This document shows, one piece after another, positions 13,682-28,500 of a stretch of 64,000 nucleotides of DNA (positions are counted from its first letter, which is position 1; every line of letters starts with the position of its first letter). Source of the DNA: Paraphysomonas bandaiensis (lineage: Eukaryota > Protista > Chrysophyceae); assembly GCA_965644295.1 (NCBI GenBank), contig CBFFRP010000407.1, positions 1-64,000 on the forward strand. Direction: 5' to 3'. A model generated the notes under the pieces. That model was given only the letters and a program-made list of their open reading frames with translations. It had not been told where the DNA came from and ran no database searches. A program made the position numbers and the translations under genes.

Positions 13682-15642
13682 CTATATTTTTTCTAACGCC
13701 GCAGCACTAAGTCCTTCATAACAGGTTAGCCCATCGGAATTAACTGCATACTCGTTGGCACCACATGATATCAAATATTCGCCAATTTCAGCAAACCCAT
13801 ACGCGAAACAGTAATGCAAAGCGGTGTTGCCTTTCTTATTGCAACCCGACACTCGCGCTCCCCTTTCTACCAACATTTTACATACAGAAATATGTCCATT
13901 CTGACAGGCAACTATAAGTGGGGTATTTCCATTAGCATCAGCCATGTCAACATCGAACCCATTGGCCAATGCCTGTTCAATCTCCGAAAGCTTCTTGTGT
14001 CGTACCCAGCTCATAAATTGGTCAGTACTGTGCGGTATTAATACGTCGGTCTCTTGTATCTTTCGCTCATCTTCTACTATGCGGGCACTTGAAATTTTGC
14101 TTTCTCGGGCACTTTCTCGAGAGCTCTTCATTTCTGCCCGATCAGTTGCACCATCTGTTGAACGTCCAGATTTACGCGATGTCAGCCGAGTGGTTCCAAC
14201 CATGTCTTCATCCTTACGGGTGGTTAAACGAGTAGTACCAATCATTTCCTCGTCAGCATGGGCATAAGCTCCTTCAGACGAATCCCACATTCCCAAGCAA
14301 AATATGGCATGTCCCCCCCCACAACGAACCCACTTGATATATCTATCGTGCGGCAAATAGACGGGACTTGGACGCAAGACATTCACAGTTGAGTCAAATG
14401 ATTTCGTGTAGATATGATTTACTGGTGGGTTCTCGGACTCGACATACGGAACATCATCCGCAGGCTCGATTCCTAGCCACCCTCCGTCGCCGTAACCCCA
14501 TGTGTACAGCTCCCCATTAACCGTACGTGCAAACGACCAACTTGGTCCACAACACACATCGTCAATATCAACGCCTTCCGGAAACTCTACTTTACGAGGA
14601 GTGCGTAGGTTCATTGTGCTACCATTTCCACATTGTCCCTCCAAACCATATCCCCAGCTGTATACTACCCCATCTACTCCAATAGCTATAGTATGGAAGT
14701 CACCTGCAGCAATACTTCTAGCAGGGCGGCTCATAAAGTGTGGAATTTCATTGGGAGTGTGCTGGTTCTTCCGGCTGTCCAACACACCCAACCTGCATAT
14801 GGATATTACCATTGCACAAATTGCACGTATCTAAAATATACTATACGTATTGAAAAATAACATCTAATAGCTCAGTGGCAGTGATTAGAGTGGAAATGGC
14901 GCAAGGTCGCGAGTATGGTGCAATAATAGTACATACAATGTTTCGACCTGCCAAACCCGCCAGCCCCCCAGGAGTACACTCGACCTTCCACTGTTAGCAG
15001 ACAAGTGTGATTCCTACCGCATACTAATACCTTCGGCACTCTACGACTTATATCTGTTGTATCTACAGGCCGTGGCTCAAGAATAGACTCAGCTTTGATG
15101 GAAGTGCCAGTCTGGCCATTGCGATTGAGTCCCCACATATATATCCCCCCTGCTTTCGTCATAACCCCACTGTGTGATCCACCACAAACAATACTAACTA
15201 CTGGAGATCCCAATTTGTTACGATCGAGAGAACGGATCATTCGAGGGGAGTCCCAGGAGCTATCATCGCCCAAACCTAATTGACCGAGGTACCCTGTGCC
15301 CCAACTGAATACAAACCCACCATCCATTAATGCAATAATGTGCTTCCTTCCACAGGCAACTTGAATGCATTTAAGGGGATGATGTAATTCGATTGGGGTA
15401 AGCGAAGGAAACACACTCCCATTCAAAGTACCACAAATAGATAATTGTCCATCAACTTTGAGCACCACTGAGAATTGAGTGCCACATTGAATATCCTGCA
15501 CCTCATGGGGCTCCAGTGATTCGGTATCCGTCACTCCGAATTGAACAGGAACGTAGGGTGGACTGGACCGGTAGGCATAGCCTATACCAAGCTGCCCAAA
15601 GAAGTTACACCCGGTGCATAGCAATTCATCCTGTGTGCTCAT
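13682..15642 (-). CDS. RCC1-repeat (beta-propeller) protein with C-terminal ankyrin repeats, 2 exons
   Basis: RCC1 repeats: VACGRKH...VFSWGTGYLGQLG, IVCGGSHS...MWGLNRNGQTG, IAAGDFHT...YSWGYGLEGQCG. Ankyrin repeats: GNTPLIVACQNGH, GNTALHYCFAYG. Intron 14793-14947 joins GFGR|LGVLD in frame. Confidence 0.9.
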
Positions 15643-16550
15643 ACTCTACACTGCAGAGGGGAACTATTGCACACAAGAAGAAAGGCTGTCACTTACTGTT
15701 AACCGAGAGAGGGATGATGTAGTGAGCTAATGTGCTCGTATTATATTTACGTTATGTGCCGTGTACAGCGTTTGCAGCATACAATCGGCGTGTTGAGATC
15801 ATTGGTGAGTGATACTGTACGCTGTCGTATACATATACACGAAATACATCCGCCATCTACTGGTACTGTATGATCATCCTGCTGTACATCTGGACAGCAT
15901 TGAATCACAGTATCTTCCTGGCACCATGTGGTACAGTGGTACAAATACAGCAGTTGTATTATCAATGGAATACCGGAATACTGTTGTATACATGACACAT
16001 GAAACTGGTACAGTACAAGAGTACGTGGTTTAATAATACGTATGTATTACTACTGTATTTGATGAAACTGATATCTCTGCTCTGTATACGCCCACTACAC
16101 TGGAAGCTGCTGTTGGAATACATCGCAGAGCATACCGCGTCCGAGTAGGCTTCGTAGTATACTCTGCTGTGTAGTACCTCCATGATGTGAAGTGTCCATG
16201 ATCAACTTCTTGAAACATTCTCACATTCATGTCGACATGATGGCCATTGAGTTCATTAAACATTCAATTTCATTCGACGGGTGGAGTGTTTATGTTGTGT
16301 GGTGAATCTGTTTTAATGAAAGGGTTCTTCGTTCATCGGTAGTTGTGTTTGTTAATTAGCGTCCTCAGGGCACCCTTATCAACCTTATAACATGCAAGAG
16401 GCCTCATGTACTTGCGCTTCTGATGTCAGATGTCCGCATGACATTACTGTCAAATTTGAAACAGAGGCAGATAATCTGGAGCGGGTATTTATAATTAAAT
16501 TGAAGGTGTGAGATATCTCAAGACCGTTTGTTGCATAGGTTATTGACCGC

Positions 16551-19500
16551 ATGCTGAGTAGATTTGATAAGACTACACTACAAGAGTATATTCGAGATGA
16601 TGGGCGAGATGGATTGATTCGGCAACACAAATTGCCCAAGAAGCTCTATGGGTCGAAAAGCGCGTTGATCTCTGTGTAAGTAACGTTGACTGTGACATGA
16701 GTCATTTTTATTGTGTGCTCGCTTTATCAGTGATGATCATCGTAATGATATAAACCTACCAAATGTGGCTCCAATTCACCTCCTAACCACACCAAATCGA
16801 CCAAAGACAGCAGATTCTCTGTTCCACTCGCATTCGAGGCCAACTCCAGACTTGAAGAGGAAAGTTACCCACCTTGTCGATTCTTATGGCAATAAGAAGA
16901 TAAAACATGCCTGGCAATCTAAAAGTTCTAAAATATCGAGCCCTACGATAAAGTCGCCTTATATTTCTGACCCCAAGAAGTTTGTTGGGAAACATAGTAG
17001 AGCGCCCTCTATACAGAAAGCGAGAGCAGTTCCAAGCCCGATTGTGTCCTCTGAGCGATGCTTGTCCATGGAAGGTAACATGGAGGAGGATGACTTGACG
17101 AGTTGGAGTGTACAAGGAGGTCGGACACTGGTTAGTGAACTCCCATCGGAGGCGGGAATTCCAGTGTCTTTGAATCACATTATTGATACGTTTATCAGAA
17201 AAACGTTACCGTGGCAGGTAAGGATGCAATGTGCTTTATTATGTACATTGAAGTGACGTAATTAGACATGAAATTAGTTTCTTTTCTCCACCTATACGTT
17301 TCTTATACATTACATCACGATACCAGGCTGTGTTGTGTTGTAAAGCTATTGAGAGTCTAAGAGAACAACGCACTACTTACATCAATGCTGTCTACGACAA
17401 ATTCATACAGAACATGGTAAATAAACTCGCGGAAAAAGTGGACGAATTTGTAACCTCGAAGTGCAATGAAGTTGACGGTTGGGGCACTAAGGAGCTTGCC
17501 CGTTGGGATGCTAAGCAAAAGAGTCTCAAAGCAGAAGTTTCCGAGTTTCTGAGCGAAGATGTGAAACGACAAAGGGAGAGAGATTGCCGACATGCGCGTG
17601 CGCAGGGAGACAGAGACTTGTTTTTGGCAAGAGAAATCGAGAGAATTGAGAAAGAAAGTGCTCAAAAACAGCTTTTAGATGCAGAGTTGCTGTGTAATTC
17701 AGAAAAACGACTGGACACAAGAATGCTAAAGGTAGGATGTACTCCTGGTCCGATCAATTCGGTAACCCATGTGATTCACCTGTGCTTCCACTCTCATACC
17801 AATACATATTAGTCTTCTTGGAATTTAAAAATAGTTCTGGTACTTATGAATGGTATTTGGTATACACTTGTTATTGTTATCGGCTTCTCTTGCCCTTGAC
17901 ATCAGTAGATTAGGAAAAAACTATGATAGTACGCGCTGCCTTGCAATCGAACCTTCTGGTTTGAATGGTGCTTGTATCGAGTTTTTGTGACTCTTACTTT
18001 ATCACTTATTGTGTGTGTTCAGGTGACGATTAGTTCAGCCCAAACCCGAGCCGCTGCCCAGGAGACGGTTCTCCACCGAAACGTTATCAAAAATAAAGAA
18101 GCTGCTCATGAATGGCTTAGGTGTGTTGCAGACAATGCTGTCACAGCGTCATACATTGAAGATGGTATGTTGAGATTCTTGAAGACTTTTCGAAAGGATA
18201 AGAAGAAAGTATTTGAGTACTTAAAATCTACACGAGAGGAGTATGAAAAGCAATGTACTGATATGATAGAGAAAATTAATGAGTTCTGTGCCGGTGTCAC
18301 GTCACAGGCATCCGATCATGTACTGCGAGAGCGGCTTATATCCAGAGCATTTACGACGTATCTTGTTGATATCCACTGTCGAAAGGAAGGGTTGAATCCC
18401 AGACAGACACAGGCAGATGCTGTGTACTGCCAAAAACGGGCTGAAAGGATGGAACGCTGTACTATCAACAGGCGTCTGCAGATGATGGCCTTTTTTGATG
18501 AAAAACGCGTTGAATTATGCGGTCGGATTCAGAAGCAATTCGATGATGCCACTGATGCCTTATTAGGAAACTTGCGCACCAGGGACGCCGAAGTAGAGTC
18601 GTATCTCACGGACATCAACAAAACATTTCGTAAATATGTTCAATACTCATGCAATAGAAGACGACACTTACTCACAACGAACGTTACCAAGCGTAAAAAT
18701 TTTTTCCGATTTGAGGATGAGTGCTTATCGGAAATGGGATCATTAGTGGGTAATATGCGGTATGAGATGGATACTGCTTGGAGGAATGAGCATTTACGGG
18801 CGTTGCACATCAGCAACGCCTCCACAGAACGTCTCAATGACCTCTACGATAATTTTAGAACAATGTTACGAACGGCTTATCAGAATATGAGCTGCAACCT
18901 GGAGGGAGATAACAGCAACGTTGCGTGGGTGGCTGATTCAGAATTGAAACTGAAGATGAAAGATGAGGAACGAAAATTTTCTGTCTTGCAATCACGTCGA
19001 ATGATCAACCAAAAATGGATAGGTGTTCTTTCTAGAGGGATCAAAGAGATAATTGATGTCGTCGAAGAAGTATCTAACATTCCAACTCCTAGTGCTACTG
19101 AAGTGAACGATGATGAAGCTTGGACAACTGCGTACGTTCGATGCAGTGAAGAATGTGAAGCAATATCTAAAGTCTTCTTTGACTGTCATAAGCAAAGAAA
19201 AGAGAAGGAAATGGGTATTCTCTCTACAACATACTCTTCTCAAAGAGACTACGTAGATAACACGTGGAAACATAATGTTATGGCTATGAATAGTACGTTG
19301 TTCAAAGAAGTGAAACTATTTTTTGAAAATTATTGTGAAGCGAAAGATAGGATAAACGAAATGAATCTCAGGCACGAAATCGAAGCATATTGCTATGAAC
19401 AAGCGTCAATAGGTCGACTGGATGCTTTTTGGGAGGAAACGGAACAGCGTAACGAGAAGTTTTCTGAAGAACTTAGGGAGACTCTTCGTAATATTATTGT

Positions 19501-22500
19501 TCGTATGGATCAATCCACACACAAGTTCAATCATGCCTTCGAGCCTCCAGGAAAATCCCATTTCAGTGTCGTTGAGAGTGGAGCTTACGATTCTCTGGGG
19601 GATGCCTACAGCCGCGGTACTGTCTACGATGTAATGAAAGGTAAACTAAATAATGAGAACACTTTCCCATCTGATGAGAGAAGAGAGCACATTTTGTCTG
19701 CACTTCAGCATGACAAGATTCATGTGGACAAGTTATTTGATGATGATAAGATGAAAGTTGGTGGAAGTGATAATGGGAAAACTGACGTTATAGATAACTC
19801 GGTACCGGAAAAGATGTTCACATCTGTGAATGATATGCTACGCCACTGCATTGACAGTCTACAGACATCGCGAGTGCGACTCTTTTTTAAACACATCAAA
19901 AGTGAACTCCAAACACTAGAGGCCAAGGCTTCGATACGGACGTCATTGAGAGTTAACACTATGTTGCCAGTATATAACAGGAAGAACCAAAATACTTTGC
20001 CCAATACGAAGAGCTCTAGTCCCGTGTACGCCACACCCATTAACAAAGCGTGTGCAATCATGAGATCAACTCTTGACAAGCTCATTATGAGTGGTAAACT
20101 GGTTGATCAGATCGTAGATATGTTCGGATTCAAGCGGATGGTATCTCAGAATCAAAGTGATGGCAATGTATTCACAGACTGTGTAATGGCGGACTTGTAC
20201 CAGGCTTTCTCTGTTTCTTTTTCGATGAATACTATGTCTCATGTGGCAGTATGTAGTCAACGTATTGACAACCATCAACTGTACGATTACCTACGAAGTA
20301 ATATGAAGCAGCTGCTTCTGGTCAGTGCACATGTGGTACTGCTTTTAGCATCTCGTATTGTGGACAACTTTGAAGATTCGCCGCATGAATTTGCTCATAT
20401 GCAAGGAGCAACTTTTACACTACCCTCACATATTGGACTTGAAGATATGCTGGACTGCGAGTGCACGTGGGCACTGTGTGCACTGGATGTCGATGAGGAT
20501 CATTTTGATGAACATCCTGATTCGGGACACACCCAAGTACTAATGGATCCTGATAAATATGCTAGTGAAAAGCGTTTCGCTGGTGGAACAGTCAATCCGG
20601 AAAACAAATCGCGACATTCCAAAGACAAAATAATAAATGTATTCCGCGAATTTTATTCTAAGCAGGAGAGTAGATTGATGCGTACGGATGACATAAGGCA
20701 CGAGACTCACCAATCTATGGATGAAAACAATACACTTTCCCCCATTAACTTACACATGTCATCTGAGCAAGCCGCTCTGAAAATGCAGAGTGCGGGACTG
20801 CCTGATGCAGATATTTGTGTTCTACTATCTCTGCTAAGCGATGACTCTCCGTGTGGCGAGAATCTGTTTGATATGTCTGCTGAGACTCTTGGTAGATGCT
20901 TTAAAATATGGAGAGTAACATCATATATGTCGCTATACACTTCCGCAATGAACAGCATTGATTGTGCCACTGTAAAAATGGATGATTCAAGTGCGCTCGC
21001 GTTAGGTGATTATACTACAATTGAGTCGACGTTGCACAAGCATGATACATATTTACGTGATATGAAGTCCACTACAGATAATGGGGAAATTAAGGTGGCT
21101 TGTATGTCTCCATTTGATGCTGTTGGAAAGCTCGTCCGTTGCCTAGGTAGCATTGATGGTTTACCGTTATCGTTTCTTCAATGCGAATGCTTTTCGGCTT
21201 CTGGTGGAGGCTTTCTGTGTGATCCATGGTTGACTGAACCAACTTTTTATATCCAGGGGTTGAGGTATTCCCGCTTATCTGGGCCAATTAGGGATTACAT
21301 TTTAAACGGTTTACTGTGGGGTTATGAAGCACGTGCCGCTCACCCTGCATTAGCTCGAGCTAAGTGTTCTCAACTGACACCAAAGTTTGATTCCAAAGCG
21401 TACGAAGACATGCTTAAACTCAACGAAGGATCCAAAAATGACCCTATTCCCGTAGAGTTGTTACGTGGATACTGTGTGAAGTCGAACAGTGAATCACAGC
21501 AAACATACACTCAAATGCAGTTGACAATGCGTTTCTGGGCGGCATTTCGTGAAGACGGAATTGTTGTCGATGATAGGGAGAAAGTCACGTTGGTTTCATC
21601 TATGTCACGATCTCGAAAGCAGAGCATAATGAAAGACAAGTGTGATGATGATGACTCACCATTTCCGTCGGAATTACTAGCTTCTTTGCCTCGACAATCG
21701 GATGGGGAAGGCCCCATGACTCCACTGGGAAAGGACACGAAATCGGTCGTCGAACTACTGGAAGTAGGAGATAGTGTGGATAGCTTTACTGATATGATTG
21801 GAGATATTTCCAATCCAACTTCTAATTTTTTGTCTTCTAATTTTGAGGACTCTGCTGGGTTAGTGGTTGAGCCTATACCTGTAGAATCTAGACGAGACCT
21901 TTTGGCTGCATCTATTGAACCAGAACAACCGCTTCATCACCCTCTGAAGAGTGTGCACTGCATTTGGTGTATGCGGTCTGTACGTCTGAAAGTGGATCAG
22001 ATTAATGATATGATAGTCCTTTCTCGTGAAAGTGATGAGAGCACCGAGAAAGAAAAAGCAGCCAGTTCGATGAAGAATATGGGCATAACACAAGCATATT
22101 TTGGAGCTGAGCATTACCCTTCATTGTATGAACTTCGCCGTCGAATTGAGCTGTCATTATTATATCAATACTGCGGCGAGGCCTACATGAATAACAACAC
22201 CGATCTTCTTTTTGTGCACTATGATTCTAAAGGTGGTGCCGAGAACGGAATGTCGGAATACTGGAAGCAGCTGTCTGTGAAACGGCTATCGCGGATGCAT
22301 ATGTTTACAACCACATTTCGGGGGTTTATGTTTGACCATTGGAATGGATTGATGCATGAGTTTCGTAAAGAGAGGCATTTATATCGTGTGAAAGCCCAGC
22401 AAGAGTTGTTTGCTACTTTCAAAAAGTATATGCAAGCATATAAGTCAGAAACTCTTCGACAGCGATCGGCGTTGAAAGAACTGTATGATCATATAATGAG

Positions 22501-25500
22501 TCAAATGAGAATTGAAGAGTCAAGTGACAAAGCAATGTGTACTGATATTACTCATTTCTATGATTATAGTACAAAGCTATTCGTAGCAACGTTGCAATTT
22601 GTGCTGAATGGTTACAAGAAGTCGAAAATTGCTTATCTTCAAATGAATATGGGTGTATATGAGAAGAAAAAAATGTTGTTGAGTAGAGTACATGAACGCT
22701 GCCGAGATGCGATTACCACCTTGTGTTTACGACAAACTGACTCGTTTCGAGATAGTGTTATCGTATATCAGCGCGACAACGTAAGGGCTTCTGCTGGGGC
22801 TGGGTATGTAAGATACCAAACGTTTGCAGGTATTGTGATGCGACAGTGACAGCACTCTATTGATATTTGTACAGATGCGATAGCGAAGTTAAAAAACAAA
22901 TTTTTAACAACGATTTCGAAAGCTTGGCGACATATAAATAATGAAGTGATCAAGTCTCTTGATCATTTTGAAACTTTGCTAGGAGATCTATTAGTCAAGT
23001 GGTATGACAGCGAAAAAGAGTGTCAAGAAGCGGCGAAAAGCGACAACCTTTTGTTCAGTGCAGAAATTAAGGTGTCCTTAGACAATGTGCGGTCGCAGTT
23101 TGCCTCCGATATCAAGCGCGTTTTAGGGATGTACAAGAAGTGGGAAAGTGTAATAGTAAGTGAAATTATCGAATCTCGAGTAACTGAAGAAGGTTATGTG
23201 CTTCGCGGTGGAGGGGATGGAATGCGTGCTATTAATTCAGTTGATGGTTCTAGCATGGGAGAGGGCGGTAGTACCGCAACGGATTCTGTGAGCGCAATGC
23301 AGGTATCACCAAGGACAAGAGACTCTTCTAACCGTTTCGAAATTGGTAATGACCCGCAGCGACACAGTCACTTGGCGACCATTCGAAGCCATTTACGAAA
23401 GGCGTGCAGTGCAGCACATAAGGCACTTCATGCCGAGCAGAAGCAACTTATTTTGTTTGTGAAAGACAACAGAAAGAAGAGGTATAAAGTAACTAAAATA
23501 TTTCAATGTACATGTTCCTGATAAACTTCCTTGACTATCATATTTCACGTGCATATACATATTGCCAATCTATTTCTTTGGGATTATAGTAATGTATAAC
23601 TTTACTCGTAGGAGCACACGACAAGACGAATTGTGTGCTCAAGCCGACGAGATTCGTAAAAATTGGGAGATAATACAAAAAGATTTGCTCGACATGGTGT
23701 CTTTGTTTGTACTTGACACCAAAGTAGCACGGGCGGATTTGTCTGTGGAGCTGTGGGCCCAGTCTGAAAAGTTGAGGAAGGTAGAGAAACAGAGAATAGA
23801 ATCTGTCCGATCTCGTATTCGTGGAGATTTTTTGTCTTCTATATCCAGAGAGCTGTTATCTTATGACAACATGGACCGTAAAGCATATGATTCGTTTGAG
23901 ACTGAGATCGGGCTAATATTGAGAGGCGCGAAAATGGAAATGATTGATAGCATGGATCTGAAGCCTTCTCCACTAAAGGCTTTCATGCGAGAGCTCAAGT
24001 CACAACCCTACACAATACTTGATACACTGAAAAAGTATGCTGCAAAGTTTCTAAAGAGATATGGACCCTATGAGAGTGATGACTTGGTGTACCAAATGAT
24101 TCACACCGCTGAGAGGTACTCGCTCTGCCTTGATAGTGTCAAAAATTTGTGCTCCAATATTGTAGAGGAGTATCATATGGATAAGCGTCGCACTTTTCGA
24201 CGAATCAAGGAGGAATCGAATATAGATACAGCGATAGGTAGCCGTGTGCAGGTGACAGGAGTTTTGAATATACTTGTGGATACCGTGGTTGCGGAGTACG
24301 AGATTAAAGAAAATATATTATCAGAAGAGCTGCAAACACAACGGAGGAATCACGGGTTAGATCTCTCAATAAATGCGTTTTTGAATGCCAATAAGTTTCC
24401 TGGTATGTGTATGTAATACCCAAGGAAGAGTATATAACCATTGTTGTTAAACAGAGTCGTTTATGACATCAGCTGGAGAGTACCCCACTGAAGAGGACCT
24501 TCATATGTTCGGCCCCTGTAAACTGGTTGGAGAACACGAGCATCATGGCATGTGTGCAGCATGTGTTGCAGGACTGTACGCTACAATAAGCCGCAATGAT
24601 GTCATTGTCAAGGCGAAACTTGACGCTATATATACTCATATAGCAGTACTAAGGGCACGGGAAGACGGGGTGGATCGAGCGGCTTATTTGGAGCTTTATA
24701 GCAAAATGGACAGTGCACATGCTAGTATTAACAAAGAAGCGGCGGGCTTAAAAGATGAGCTGGTTGCCTCGCTGAAAACGGCTTGTGAATCCAGAGATGA
24801 GTTTTGTAGCACCAATTCTGTTTATGTTGAAGCCGCCCGAAGTATTAAAAATGTGGAGGAAATAGATATCGATGATGACACTGCGAGCCGCCAAAAACAA
24901 CGAGAAACAGCAGATCACAATGAAGTAATGGCCGAATTGCTTCGACGGACAGGTGTATCTAAACGAATGCTCAGCATGGTATCTGAACACGATGGTGAAA
25001 GCGGAGTAAGTAGTAGTCAGAACCAGAGCTGTTCGTTCCTCAGCCATTCGTTTTCGACGGATGACAACACTGTCCCATCATTAGGGTCATTTGGGAATTT
25101 GAATTATTCGTTTGGGAATATTATATCTAGTCCATCTAAGGAAGTTTCTAAGGAACAAAACGATGGCCATGTGTCTCTCCCTGTGGTGTACAGCGATTCA
25201 GGTGCAGATGATACTGGTTCTGCAGAAGAAAAAGAGTGTATTGGGGTTGCTCCAAGGTTTGCCGATGAAGTCGATGTTAGAGCCATTTCAACAAGTGATA
25301 CTATTGTACGGACTACAGCGGGTGGTACGTCTCCAGTACAGGAGACAGAAGCAGAATTGCATGTGGTGGATATTACTCGATCGAATTCTTCATTTACGGA
25401 TCCAACAATTGCTCGCACTGATACCCTTCGGACTGACATGTCATTTTCTCGCGGTAACTCGGAGACACTTGACCATACCCGTACGCAACCCTTCCCCCCT

Positions 25501-28500
25501 GGGTCAGATGTAGTTGGGACTGTAGAAGAATCCTGTACAGAGCCAGTTCAGTTAGCCATGAGTGACACTGCATGTAAGCTCACCGTCGGGGATAAGGTAG
25601 AGGGGAACTTCGGTGGAGAGGGAACTTGGTATCCTGGCATTGTGGTCGGCCGTTATGACAGTAAACATGGTAATGAGATGGAAACGCTGTATGACGTGGA
25701 TTATGATGGTGGCCTGTATTCTGAGAAAGGGGTTACGGCGAGTATGTTAAAGCCCTTGGCGGCAACTGAAGATGTTAGTTCACCTATTGTCAAGGCTCAA
25801 AATTGTCAAAACAGCGACTTGGCTGAAAAAGTCATGAGTGAGCATGTCTCCGCAACTGGCGGTGATGATCACAAGTCTATGGCGTCCGATTCAACGAACG
25901 GGGTACAGGGGTGGGAATCGGTGGAGTACCGTGAAGAGCAGTGGGACCACGTATCCCTGAAAAGTCTTAAAAGCTTTGGTGAAATCAGGAATAGCCACGC
26001 CAAGGTGCCATTACTGCCTTTGAAATATTTTGTTAAAGAGGATGAAGTAAGTGATTCTTTGTTTGCGTGTAATGTATAGTAAATATGTATGGGATACTCA
26101 TCATGTTTTCCTAGGGTGTGCGGCTGCCGTATGGTTGGGAAGAACGAGCAGATGATGAGGGAAATATATTTTACTATAATTCTATCACAGAAGATGTGTC
26201 CTATGATACTCACCCGTCTCTTTTTATGGCTAATAACTGGCGCAAGTGCTTCACTGATGATGGCCACGAGTACTATTACAACGATGCAACTGGGGCAACT
26301 ACATGGCGTGAGCCGGATGACGCTTACGACGACGACGAAGAAAATTGTTTTCTTGTTACTTCCCCGAGGCCAATTATGCCTGTTCTTGATGCAACGCAGC
26401 GTAGCAATGGAGTTAGGCGTACACTTCGAACGAATACTAGTTCTCTACAGTATTCTATTGATGTTTCTGAACGTAACACTGAAAGGACTGCAGGCGAAGA
26501 CGGAAATGAATCTTTTAAGAGTAACATCAGCTACGACGCTCTATACGAACGTACAATGAGCCACGGAGATTTAACTACATTGAAACAGTCGCAGTCTAGA
26601 TATCGCACAGTTAGTACAGATGGAAACGATGGCACTACGAAGGAAAATTCTGGAGCAACAAGTGTGCATTCTAATCCTAATGACTCCGACGTGCTTAACG
26701 AAGGAGAAAAGTATGGCGATGAAAACTACGGTTCCGGGCAATATAACCGCGTTATAGATAGAGCAACATCTGAATTAGTAGGAGTAAACATCGACTGTGG
26801 TCCGATAAATTCAGGCGAGGATAGTAATATACAGAATTCGGATGATATTCTGGAGAACGATGATACCAATAATCAAGATGAATACGATATTGATCACGTT
26901 GTGCATATTGGCAGTTTACATTCGTCCCCAGAAAAACCGAGTCAATATCGCCGACCTTTGGCCATGAAGTACGCAGCCAAAGAAGATAGTAATGATGGTG
27001 GAGATGACGACACGGAACGTAATCTTGATGATATGCCGTTAGCCTATAAACGAGGAGAAAGTGATGAGCGCAATGTAAATTCGTCGTATAAGTACCGTCC
27101 CCCAAGCGGATTTAAATATATTAGTACCAATAGTTATGATGGTTGTGAAGACACAGACACTGTGGACGAGTCACAACCGAGAGTTTCAAGGAATTTGAGT
27201 GGTGCATTTACGGATGAAAGCTTGGAGAAAAAAAATAACAGCCTCACTGCCTCTGAGTTGATTGACAGGCGTAAATATTTCGCTGACAGCAGAGAAGACA
27301 ATCAATATAGTGAGATTCAAGCTCAAGATAGTGAGCTGACGAATAATGACAGCTTTGAGGGTAGTGGGTACGACGCTGATAATATGTCTCCCGATGCTCG
27401 AAAGTATGCCACACATGGGAGCGAGAGTTTTCCTTTGGATACTGCGATGATTGATAGTAATGGCTTTCCCGTTCATATTCTGCCAGCTGATGATGGAGAT
27501 GAAAAAGAAGATACCCTTGTACCAATTGAACAAGCCCCTGTAATGCCAGAGCCTGTATCCCCTATTCAGATTATATCTGATACTGATTTAACTGCAGTAA
27601 ATGAAAGTCTAATCGGTCCTGATTACAAAGTAGTAGCGTTGGGATCAGGTGGTGAGAGTGCAAAAAGCGACACAGAGTCGATTAGAGATAACCAATATGA
27701 ATCATCTCGTGATCCCATTAATTCTGGAACAGATCCTTCAAGAGTATGGGAAACCTTTGAGGGGATAAATTATATGTCAGCCGCACTTGGGTCAGGGGGT
27801 GAAAGTATTGAAGCGGAGGAACCCTATAAGTATATTTCATCTTCAGATGCTGCGAACGCTAACGTTCAGTACGACCAGAACGATGGTATCTACGAGGAAG
27901 CTTACAACCAACAGAACCAGTCTGGTATAGTTTCTGCATATGATAATGCTGGGAATGGTGACTTAGAGCATAGCCAGGCTGATGGTACCTTCGCTGATGC
28001 TAATGCTGCAAGCGCTAACGTTCAGTACGACCAGAACGATGGTATCTACGAGGAGGCTTACAACCAACAGAACCAGTCTGGTGTAGTTTCTGCATATGAT
28101 AATGCTGGGAATGGTGACTTAGAGCATAGCCAGGCTGATGGTACCTTCGCTGATGCTAATGCTGCAAGCGCTAACGTTCAGTACGACCAGAACGATGGTA
28201 TCTACGAGGAAGCTTACAACCAACAGAACCAGTCTGGTGTAGTTTCTGCATATGATAATGCTGGGAATGGTGACTTAGAGCATAGCCAGGCTGATGGTAC
28301 CTTCGCTGATGCTAATGCTGCAAGCGCTAACGTTCAGTACGGCCAGAACGATGGTATCTACGAGGAAGCTTACAACCAACAGAACCAGTCTGGTGTAGTT
28401 TCTGCATATGATAATGCTGGGAATGGTGACTTAGAGCATAGCCAGGCTGATGGTACCTTCGCTGATGCTAATGCTGCAAGCGCTAACGTTCAGTACGACC

